Of a stretch of 64,000 bases of DNA, positions 56,750-64,000 are shown one piece after another. The DNA is from an uncultured Chloroflexia bacterium (lineage in GTDB: Bacteria; Chloroflexota; Limnocylindria; Limnocylindrales; CSP1-4): contig CAVVYR010000008.1 in the NCBI GenBank assembly GCA_963752475.1, positions 160,001 to 224,000 on the forward strand, in the 5' to 3' direction. The position numbers and the translations under genes are program-made. A model generated the notes under the pieces. That model was not told the DNA's origin, did not search any database, and saw nothing but the letters and a program-made list of their open reading frames with translations. Position 1 is the first letter of the stretch. The number at the start of each line of letters is the position of its first letter.

Positions 56750-58378
56750 GTGAAAAGGTTGCTCTCTTCCCTGCTGCTCAGCATCGTGCTGGCGGCCGCC
56801 ATACTCCCATCGGTCGTCGTGTCGGCGGAGGGCGTCGAGCCACAGCACGGCGGACGCCTGGAGCTCGTGGCTGCCAACGACCTCATCACGCTCGACAACA
56901 GCCAGGTGCTGGATCTCGACTACAACATGGTCGCGGGCGCGCTGTACGAGGGCTTGTATCACTTCAACCCCGAGGGTGAGCTCGAAGCCGCCTTGGCCGA
57001 CGGGATGCCGGAGGTCTCCGAGGATGGCCTCGTATACACCTTCAAGCTCAAGCCCGGTGCGATGTTCGCTGGCCCGGACTTCGAACCGCGCGAGGTGACC
57101 GCAGCCGATGTGGCCTACGGCATGGAGCGCGCACTGAGCCCTGCCCCAGTGGGGGCGCCCGCCCCGTCGTGGGGTAGTGGCTACCTCTTCCCCATCAAGG
57201 GCGCGGCGGCGTTCAACGCCGGCGAGGCCGACTCGGTCGAGGGCCTCAAGGTCATCGACGATCGAACCCTCGAGGTCACGCTCGAGGCGCCCACGACCAC
57301 GTTCCTGCTGGGCCTGACCATCGCCACCAGCTGGCCTGTGCCGCGGGAGGCGGTGGCAGAGCGCGGCGAGGACTTCGGCAACAGCCCTGTCGGCGCCGGG
57401 CCCTTCTACGTGGCCGAGTGGAACAAGGGCTCGGACATCACCATCGTGCGCAACCCCGGCTACGTCGATCCGGAGCTGCCGTACCTCGATGAGATCTTCG
57501 TCGACCTGGGCGTGGACGAAAACACACAGAAGCTGCGTCTCGAGACGGGCGAGACCGACGGCGTCTTCGACCAGTTCGCGCTCTCGCCACAGTCGCTGCG
57601 TGAGCTCGAGGATGCACCCGGCGTGACGCTCGTCGACTCCGTCGGCCCGCGCATCTTCTACCTCGCGCTCAACAACGACGGCATCTTCGCGGACAAGGAT
57701 CTGCGGCAGGCCGTGGCCCACGCCATGACCACCGACTTCACCGTCCGCTTCGGTGGCCTGGCCAAGCCCTGGAACCAGCTCATCAGCTCCACCTCGGTGC
57801 AGTCCGATCCGGAGGGGACCGTTACCTATGCTCACGATCCGGAGGCTGCGGCGGCGCTGCTGGAGTCGGTGGGCTACGACGGCAGCCCGGTCAAGGTGGT
57901 CTACGACGTCACCGATCCGTACACCACGCAGAACGCCACGGCCCTGACCCAGGACCTGGAGGCTGTCGGGTTCACGGTCGAGCTCATCGGCTTGCAGAAG
58001 GGCGAGTTCTACAACGCCATCTACGACCCCGCAGCCTTCGACATCTCGTCGACGTACTGGAGCGCGGACTATCCCGACGCGCAAGACTTCATCTCGACGA
58101 ACTTCATCTGCGACACGATCGACGTGCTCAACATCTCGCGCTTCTGCGACGAGGCCATCGACGAGGCCTTCTTCGCCACCGAATCGATGGAGTTCGGCCC
58201 TGAGCGTGATGCGGCACTCCTCGACGTCCAGCAGCGGCTCATCGACGAGCTGGCCGGCATCCCGGTGATGGAGGTCACGCCCAAGTCCGTCTTCACCGAG
58301 CGCGTCGGAGACATCCCCACCATCGCCACTTACGCGCCCTTCTTCTGGGCCGAGGCCTGGGTGAAGGCAGACGCCTGA
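56750..58378 (+). CDS. Class 5 (peptide/nickel-type) ABC substrate-binding protein
   Basis: Signal peptide; LYEGL, S.DG.VYTFKL, G.GPF..EW.KG, LRQAV and W.ADYPD. Confidence 0.9.
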   Translation: MKRLLSSLLLSIVLAAAILPSVVVSAEGVEPQHGGRLELVAANDLITLDNSQVLDLDYNMVAGALYEGLYHFNPEGELEAALADGMPEVSEDGLVYTFKLKPGAMFAGPDFEPREVTAADVAYGMERALSPAPVGAPAPSWGSGYLFPIKGAAAFNAGEADSVEGLKVIDDRTLEVTLEAPTTTFLLGLTIATSWPVPREAVAERGEDFGNSPVGAGPFYVAEWNKGSDITIVRNPGYVDPELPYLDEIFVDLGVDENTQKLRLETGETDGVFDQFALSPQSLRELEDAPGVTLVDSVGPRIFYLALNNDGIFADKDLRQAVAHAMTTDFTVRFGGLAKPWNQLISSTSVQSDPEGTVTYAHDPEAAAALLESVGYDGSPVKVVYDVTDPYTTQNATALTQDLEAVGFTVELIGLQKGEFYNAIYDPAAFDISSTYWSADYPDAQDFISTNFICDTIDVLNISRFCDEAIDEAFFATESMEFGPERDAALLDVQQRLIDELAGIPVMEVTPKSVFTERVGDIPTIATYAPFFWAEAWVKADA

Positions 58379-58391
58379 TCCTCAAGGGTCC

Positions 58392-59372
58392 GTGACCACG
58401 GCCCTACCGATGACAGCGCCTCTGCTGGCCGTCGAGGGCCTGTGGGTCACGTCGGCGGCCGGCGACATCCTGCGGGGGGTCGACCTGTCCGTGCCCCGAG
58501 GCAGCGTGGTGGGCGTGGTGGGCGAGTCCGGCTGCGGCAAGTCCACGCTCGGTCTGGCGGTGCTCGGGCTGCTGGGGCGTACGCGGGAGATCAGTGGCGG
58601 CGAGATCCGGCTCGATGGCGAGCGCATCGGCGCGCCCGGTTTCGATGGCACGGCCGGGCTGAGGGGTACGCGCGTCAGCTTCGTGCCCCAAGATCCGTTC
58701 CGCTCCTTCGACCCGCTGCGCCGTGTCGGTCCGCAGGTCCGGCGCCCGCTGGAGCTGCATCGCGGTCTGTCCGCCGGCGAAGCCGACCTTCGAGTCACAG
58801 ATCTGCTGTCCCGCCTGGGCGTGGCGGAGCCCGAAGGCGTCATGGGCCGCTACCCGCACGAGCTCTCGGGCGGGCTGCTGCAGCGAGCGACCATCGCCAC
58901 CGCCCTCTCTTGTGAGCCGGAGCTGGTCATCGCCGACGAGCCCACGACCGCGCTGGACGCCCTGGTGCAGGTCCAGGTCATCGATTCGTTCCTGCCGCTG
59001 GTGCGAGAGCTCGGTACGAGCGTCGTGGTCATCACCCACGACCTGCGGCTTCTGGAGCGCATGGCCGACCACATCGCGGCGATGTACGCCGGCCGGATGG
59101 TGGAGTTCGGACCGGCCGCACGGTTGCTGCGTGAGCCCCGGCACCCATATCCGGCTGCGCTCTTGGAGTCGTCCGTTCGGGCCGCCCGGCCCGGAGAGCG
59201 ACTGCAGGTCATCGAGGGTCAGCCGCCGACGCTGCCAGGGACGTTCTCCGCCTGCGCCTTCGCGCCCCGGTGTCCGGCGGCGCAGCAGCGCTGTCTCGAC
59301 GAGGAGCCGCGCTACGACTGGCCGGCCGACGAGGGCGTCGCCTGCCACTTCCCGTTGGAGCGCGGCTCGTGA
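58392..59372 (+). CDS. Dpp/Opp ABC ATP-binding protein (DppD-like)
   Basis: GESGCGKS, YPHELSGG, ADEPTTALD, HPY and a C-terminal C.F.PRC...C...ACH. Confidence 0.92.
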   Translation: MTTALPMTAPLLAVEGLWVTSAAGDILRGVDLSVPRGSVVGVVGESGCGKSTLGLAVLGLLGRTREISGGEIRLDGERIGAPGFDGTAGLRGTRVSFVPQDPFRSFDPLRRVGPQVRRPLELHRGLSAGEADLRVTDLLSRLGVAEPEGVMGRYPHELSGGLLQRATIATALSCEPELVIADEPTTALDALVQVQVIDSFLPLVRELGTSVVVITHDLRLLERMADHIAAMYAGRMVEFGPAARLLREPRHPYPAALLESSVRAARPGERLQVIEGQPPTLPGTFSACAFAPRCPAAQQRCLDEEPRYDWPADEGVACHFPLERGS

Positions 59373-60235
59373 TCGGCCCGACGCCGATCCCGGCGCCCGC
59401 TGCGACACCCGCGGGCGAGCCCCGGCCGTGGGGCCTGTGGATCGGCGCGGGGATGCTGTTCGTGCTTGTGGCGCTGGTGGTCCTCTACCCGCTGCTCTCG
59501 CCGGTCGACCCGACGTACGAGTCGCTCGATGGTCTGACCGAATTCGGCGAACCCCTGCCCGTCGCCGCCGACGGCTATCCACTCGGTACCGACCCACGAG
59601 GACGGGACATGCTCGCGCGCACGATCCACGCCGGCGGCCTGACGATGCTGACCGCGCTCTCGGCCGTGGCCATCGCCACCCTCGCGGGTGTGGCCGTGGG
59701 ACTCCTGGCCGCCAACACGAAGCGCTTCGCGGGATCGGTCCTGATGCGCTTCACCGACCTCGGCCTGGCCATCCCCGGGCTGCTGCTCGCGGCATCGTTC
59801 TCGACCATCCTCGGCCGCGGCACGCTCTCGCTGATCGTCGGCCTCGCGGCCGTCTTCTGGGCACCCATCGCTCGTGTCACGTACGGGCAGGCGGTCGTGC
59901 TTCGGGAGCGGAACTACGTGGAGGCGGCACGTGTCATGGGCGGCGGGGCCAGCACGGTGCTGCTACGTCACATCCTGCCTCACCTGTTGCCCGTGGTCGG
60001 CGCCTATGCCGCGCTCTCGGTGGGCTGGGCGGTGCTCTTCGAGTCGGCGCTGGGGTTCCTCGGCGCGGGCGTGCAGGAGCCAGAGGCGTCGATCGGCTCG
60101 ATGCTTGAGGCGCATCGCAGCTACTACCGCAGCCACCCGGCGCTGATCATCATCCCCGCGGTCTTCCTGGCCGTGCTGGTGATGGCCGCCAACCTCGTGG
60201 GTGAGGCGTTGCGCACGCGGACCGAGGAACGCTGA
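59369..60235 (+). CDS. Dpp/Opp ABC permease (DppC-like)
   Basis: PLGTD..GRDM.AR, YVEAAR..G....RHILP and E..L.FLG.G; GTGA-coupled start. Confidence 0.9.
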   Translation: MIGPTPIPAPAATPAGEPRPWGLWIGAGMLFVLVALVVLYPLLSPVDPTYESLDGLTEFGEPLPVAADGYPLGTDPRGRDMLARTIHAGGLTMLTALSAVAIATLAGVAVGLLAANTKRFAGSVLMRFTDLGLAIPGLLLAASFSTILGRGTLSLIVGLAAVFWAPIARVTYGQAVVLRERNYVEAARVMGGGASTVLLRHILPHLLPVVGAYAALSVGWAVLFESALGFLGAGVQEPEASIGSMLEAHRSYYRSHPALIIIPAVFLAVLVMAANLVGEALRTRTEER

Positions 60236-61155
60236 TGGGCTGGTATATCGCGCGACGGCTGGCTGCGGCGCTGATCACGGTCTGGATCGTGGCCACAGCC
60301 GGATTCCTGCTCGTGGAACTCATCCCCGGCGACCCCGCCCGGCAGCTCGCCGGCCCTGGAGCGTCCGCCGAGACTCTGGCCAGCATCCGCGAGGCCTACG
60401 GATTCGACGATCCGCTGCCGGTGCGATACGTCGAGGCGATGGCGCGCATGGCGCAGGGCGACCTCGGCTACAGCTTCGCCAAGGCGGAGCCGGTGACCGA
60501 TGCGCTCCTGCGTTCGCTGCCGACGACGCTACTGCTGACCGGTCTGGCCTTCCTGGTGGAGGTGCTCATCGCCATCCCGCTCGCCCTCTGGGTCGTCAGC
60601 CGTGGCGGGTTCGTCGACCGCCTGCTGGTGATCCTGGCCGGCTTCACCGCGGCCATCCCGGCCTTCCTGGTGGGCCTGCTGCTGATCTACGTCTTCGCCT
60701 TCCGGCTGCGCATCTTCCCCCTCGGCGGCGGTGGCTCACCGGCGGCGTACATCCTGCCGGTGCTTACGCTGGGCATCCCCTTCGGGCTGGTGCTGGCGCG
60801 CTTGCTGCGCACGTCGCTCCTGGAGCAGCGCAGCCAGCCCTACGTCGCCTTCAGCGAGGCCATGGGTGAGTCGGCCTGGTCGGTGCGCTGGCGGCATTTG
60901 CTGCCCAACGCGTTGCTGCCGCTGCTGTCGATCCTGGCGCTGGACCTCGCGGGACTCTTCTCGAGCGTGGCCGTCGTCGAGGTGGCCTTCTCCATGCCGG
61001 GACTCGGGGCCGACCTGCTGCTCGGACTCAGGCGCCTCGATACGGCGCTCATCGTGGGCATCGGCATCATCGCCGGCCTGCTCGTGGCGTTCGTGAACCT
61101 GCTTGCGGACCTGGCCGTCATCGCCATCGACCCACGGGTACGACGGAGCACCTAG
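60235..61155 (+). CDS. Dpp/Opp ABC permease (DppB-like)
   Basis: YI.RRL, PGDPA, GDLG.S, H.L.NALLP, VE..F..PGLG and IDPRVR. Confidence 0.9.
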   Translation: MGWYIARRLAAALITVWIVATAGFLLVELIPGDPARQLAGPGASAETLASIREAYGFDDPLPVRYVEAMARMAQGDLGYSFAKAEPVTDALLRSLPTTLLLTGLAFLVEVLIAIPLALWVVSRGGFVDRLLVILAGFTAAIPAFLVGLLLIYVFAFRLRIFPLGGGGSPAAYILPVLTLGIPFGLVLARLLRTSLLEQRSQPYVAFSEAMGESAWSVRWRHLLPNALLPLLSILALDLAGLFSSVAVVEVAFSMPGLGADLLLGLRRLDTALIVGIGIIAGLLVAFVNLLADLAVIAIDPRVRRST

Positions 61156-61241
61156 CCGACCGGGCGACCAGGGCATCTCTGGTCGGCTGGGGCAGTCGGC
61201 CGCGCAGCGTCGCTTCTTTCGGCGCCCGGGGCGGCCCGGCC

Positions 61242-61410
61242 GGATCGTGTCGCCCCCATCGACGCCAGCAGCCGCTCGTGGCCGGTCGTCGCCCGTGGGG
61301 GCCGGCTGGATCGTGTCGTCCCCATCGACGCCAGCAGCCGCTCGTGGCCGGTCGTCGCCCCCATCGACGCCAGCACCCGCTCGTGGCCGGTCGTCGCCCC
61401 CATCGACGCT
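61242..61410. repeat. 39-bp tandem repeat, about 3.5 copies with one interruption
   Basis: Unit CCATCGACGCCAGCAGCCGCTCGTGGCCGGTCGTCGCCC starts at 61256, 61322, 61361 and, partially, 61400. Confidence 0.9.
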
Positions 61411-61443
61411 ATCGGCCCATCCGGCCGGTTCCGGTGGTCAACC

Positions 61444-61605
61444 GTCGTGGGAGTCGACCGTAGTCGCACACCACGACCAGCTCACGTCTCCGAGCCACTC
61501 GCATCCGGCGTCGCCTATGCCCTGCCACGCTCAGCGCTGGTAGCCGGTCGTCCCGCGGACCCCGGATCGGTGGCTACGAGGGTGACTACGGTCGACTCCG
61601 ACGAC
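61444..61605. mobile_element. MITE-like / long imperfect palindrome with 24-bp terminal inverted repeats
   Basis: GTCGTGGGAGTCGACCGTAGTCGC (61444-61467) matches the reverse complement of 61582-61605 (GTCGTCGGAGTCGACCGTAGTCAC) at 22/24 positions; there is also an inner imperfect inverted repeat. Confidence 0.5.
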
Positions 61606-61647
61606 ATCTGTCCACAGCGGCACCGCGGGTAGGGTTCGCGAGGGAGG

Positions 61648-61813
61648 GCCTGGGCCGGTGCGCCCGGGCAGGTGCGTGTCACTGGGCGCCTGGGCAGGTG
61701 CGTTTCACTGGGCGCCTGGGCAGGTGCGTTTCACTGGGCGCCTGGGCCGGTGCGTTTCACTGGGCGCCCGGGCAGGTGCGCCTGGGCCGGTGCGTTTCAC
61801 TGGGCGCCTGGGC
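61648..61813. repeat. 26-bp tandem repeat, about 5 full copies plus 14-bp partials, overlapping the stop of the inverted ATPase gene
   Basis: GGTGCGTTTCACTGGGCGCCTGGGCA at 61671, 61697, 61723, 61749 and 61789. Confidence 0.92.
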
Positions 61814-62615
61814 GGCGCTCGACCTGTTCAACCGCGGGCTCCTTGCCCGTCGCGGCAAGCAACGCCTTCGTGTACTCGTGCTGCGGTCGCTCGAAGATCT
61901 GGTCACGCGTGCCATGTTCGACGATGCGCCCCTCGCGCATGACCGAGACACGCTGGCTGATGTGGCGCACAACGGCGAGGTCGTGAGCGATGAAGAGGTA
62001 GGCGATCCCGCGCTCGGCCTGCAAGTCCATGAGCAGGTTCAGGATCTGGCCCTGGACGGAGACATCGAGCGCAGAGACGGGCTCGTCACAGATGATCAGG
62101 TCCGGCTCCAGCGCCAAGGCGCGCGCGATGCCGACGCGCTGCAGCTGGCCACCGGAGAACGAGCTCGGGCGCCGATCGCCCAGCGAGGGGTCGATGCCCA
62201 CTCGCCCCAACAGCTCATCGGCACGTCGTCGTCGCTCGTGGCTGTCGTAGAGCCGGTGGATGACCCACGGCTCGGCCACGATGTCGCGCACCCGGAAACG
62301 CGGATCGACCGAGGAGTACGGGTCCTGGTAGATGAGCTGCATGTGCTTGCGCATCTCACGGAGCTCGGCACCGTCGAGAGCGAACAGGTCCTGGCCACGG
62401 AAGGTGGCCGTCCCGGCGTCGGGCTCGACGAGGCGCAGCAGGATGCGGCCGGTGGTCGACTTGCCGGATCCCGACTCACCCACGAGCCCATGGGTCTGTC
62501 CGGGCTCGATGGCCAGCGAGACGTCCTGGACCGCCCGGACCTCACGCCGGCCCGAGCCACGGCCGCTCCGGAACGTCTTGGAGAGGCCGCGGGCGTCGAG
62601 GAGCGGTTCGGGCAT
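61797..62615 (-). CDS. Dpp/Opp ABC ATP-binding protein (DppF-like), convergent with the operon
   Basis: VRAV.DVS, GLVGESGSGKST, QDPYSS, FSGGQ.QR.GIARAL, CDEPVSALDVSVQ and P.H.YT.ALL; start MPEPLL behind a -10 box. Confidence 0.92.
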   Translation of the reverse strand: MPEPLLDARGLSKTFRSGRGSGRREVRAVQDVSLAIEPGQTHGLVGESGSGKSTTGRILLRLVEPDAGTATFRGQDLFALDGAELREMRKHMQLIYQDPYSSVDPRFRVRDIVAEPWVIHRLYDSHERRRRADELLGRVGIDPSLGDRRPSSFSGGQLQRVGIARALALEPDLIICDEPVSALDVSVQGQILNLLMDLQAERGIAYLFIAHDLAVVRHISQRVSVMREGRIVEHGTRDQIFERPQHEYTKALLAATGKEPAVEQVERRPGAQ

Positions 62616-62668
62616 AGCCCGACTGTAGCGTTGCGATCGGCGCTGGACGGCGGTGCGACACTGCGGCG

Positions 62669-63046
62669 ATGAACGAGAACCCTGCCGCCACGACCGCCAC
62701 CCGCTACTCGTGGGACGCGATCGAACCGGATCATCCCATCGAAAGGGCCACCCGCCGACTCGTGAAGGGGGAGCGAGCGATGGTCGCACGCTTCGTCCTC
62801 GATGCGGGCCTCGACGTGCAGCCCCACGTCCATCACAACGAGCAGATCACGATGATCCTCGAAGGGCGGCTGCTGGTTCGCATCGGCACCATCGGCTCGG
62901 ACGAGATCCGCGAGGAAGTGCTGGGCTCGGGCGAGGTCATCGTGTTCCCGGCGTTCGTGCCGCATGGGTTCCAGGCCCTCGAGCGCGTGGTCGCCTTCGA
63001 CGTGTTCAGCCCGCCCAGCGCCAAGACCGGCATCGACCAGAGCTAG
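62669..63046 (+). CDS. Cupin domain protein
   Basis: H.H.NEQIT.ILEG, P..VPH and D.FSPP. Confidence 0.88.
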   Translation: MNENPAATTATRYSWDAIEPDHPIERATRRLVKGERAMVARFVLDAGLDVQPHVHHNEQITMILEGRLLVRIGTIGSDEIREEVLGSGEVIVFPAFVPHGFQALERVVAFDVFSPPSAKTGIDQS

Positions 63047-63342
63047 GCGGCCGATACCCACCCCTCTCCCTCCATCGGGCGCTTCTATCGCACACGCGCG
63101 GGGTTTATGAATACGTGTGCACTAGGCCCGGTCCACACGGGCCGGTCGGCCCTGTCTGGCCACCTGCACCGAGGAAGACGCTGAGCGCAACCGAATAGCT
63201 CGAGCCACCGGAGGCTTTCCCCCTGGCTGACCGACGACCCGAGTCGTGGGCCATGTCTGACACATAGCCGTCCGAAAACTACGCCCGCGGTAACCGTGGT
63301 GACGCGCGGTCCGCGGGTGTTTGAGCACGAAGAGGCGTAGTG

Positions 63343-63984
63343 ATGCCAAAGGCTGCTGTTCCGCCACCGCCAGCTCCCGTTGGGGGCAAGCGAGCGGCCA
63401 CGTTCCAAGAGGAAGTCATCGCCATGATCCCGGCTGACTCCCGCCTGGAGACGTGTATCCAATGTGGGACCTGTGGAGGGTCATGCCCCTCGTATGCGGA
63501 CATGGACCACACGCCACGGCAGATCTTTGCGCTTGTCCGCGCCGGGGCCAAGGACAAGGTCATGGACAGCAACACGCCCTGGATGTGCGTGAGCTGCTAC
63601 CTCTGCGCGGTCCGCTGTCCGCAGCAGATCCACATCCCCGACGTGATGTACGCGCTCAAGGCCAAGTCCACCCAGGACGGCCGGGTCCCGAGCCACGTGG
63701 CGCCCGACTTCAGCAAGACCTTCGTCGACTACATCCACCAGTACGGCCGCAGCTTCGAGGTCGGCCTCGTAGCCAAGCACTACCTGCGCCACTACATGAC
63801 GCGCCTGCCGGGCATGACCACCTCCGGTATCGGCATGGTGACCAAGGGCCGCATGGGCTTCCGTCCCCACAAGATCAGGGACATCGACGGGCTCAACGCG
63901 ATCCTCGATCGCGCCACCGAGATCGAGCAGGCCAAGCAGCGCGCCGTCTTCGAAGAGCGGCCGCAGAGCGGGGGAGCGCACTGA
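63343..63984 (+). CDS. hdrC: Heterodisulfide reductase subunit C-like 2x[4Fe-4S] protein
   Basis: CIQCGTCGGSCP..MD.TPR and PWMCVSCYLCAVRCPQ.I. Confidence 0.85.
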   Translation: MPKAAVPPPPAPVGGKRAATFQEEVIAMIPADSRLETCIQCGTCGGSCPSYADMDHTPRQIFALVRAGAKDKVMDSNTPWMCVSCYLCAVRCPQQIHIPDVMYALKAKSTQDGRVPSHVAPDFSKTFVDYIHQYGRSFEVGLVAKHYLRHYMTRLPGMTTSGIGMVTKGRMGFRPHKIRDIDGLNAILDRATEIEQAKQRAVFEERPQSGGAH

Positions 63985-64000
63985 TGGCCACGCAGTACAT
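63984..64000 (+). CDS. Start of the next coupled gene (probably HdrB-like), truncated by the window edge
   Basis: TGATG overlap with hdrC; only MATQY is visible, so the identity is inferred from gene order. Confidence 0.35.

Noticed and set aside
61242-61813. CRISPR array
   Set aside because: The repeats are head-to-tail with no unique spacers of regular length, and there are no cas genes in the window.
63103-63124. Rex operator upstream of hdrC
   Set aside because: The half-sites TTATGAA and TGCACTA are degenerate and 6 bp apart instead of 4.
1-64000. tRNA, rRNA, integrase, transposase or prophage genes
   Set aside because: None were recognised on either strand by eye; a tRNAscan/Infernal run would be needed to exclude small RNAs.

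Overview
GC-rich bacterial chromosomal window (roughly 70% GC by eye) with about 60 genes. I found no rRNA, tRNA, CRISPR array, transposase or phage genes. The gene content suggests Chloroflexota or Actinomycetota, but that is inference only. From left to right: (1) an ApbE / tandem FMN-binding protein / ferric-reductase-like flavinylation module; (2) a polyol catabolic locus with xylulokinase, DeoR, mannitol dehydrogenase, a Smo/Mtl-type ABC transporter and a xylitol-dehydrogenase-like SDR; (3) an orphan anaerobic sulfatase maturase, an AKR, an MFS and an F420-type LLM; (4) two VapBC-type TA pairs, Mut7-C, an ABC-2 exporter, MscS and an FAD/Fe-S oxidoreductase; (5) metA-metY and an AfuABC-like importer with a LacI-type operator; (6) a 42.6-52.7 kb tract of frameshifted genes (BASS, ppk2, DAGK, VIT-vWA, LLM, FGGY), mostly consistent with long-read consensus errors; (7) a PNP-fold enzyme with a rebuilt active site, transcribed divergently from an oddly ordered Dpp-type ABC operon whose second ATPase is inverted and separated by two tandem repeats and a MITE-like palindrome; (8) the start of an hdrCB-like operon. 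The best candidates for undescribed biology are the divergent PNP plus class-5 ABC module, the META-head proteins with trimeric coiled-coil stalks, a three-copy secreted two-cysteine module, the repeat/MITE junction at 61.2-61.8 kb, and a recurring TAnnnT-N6-start leaderless architecture. All family assignments come from motif recognition by eye; no searches were run.
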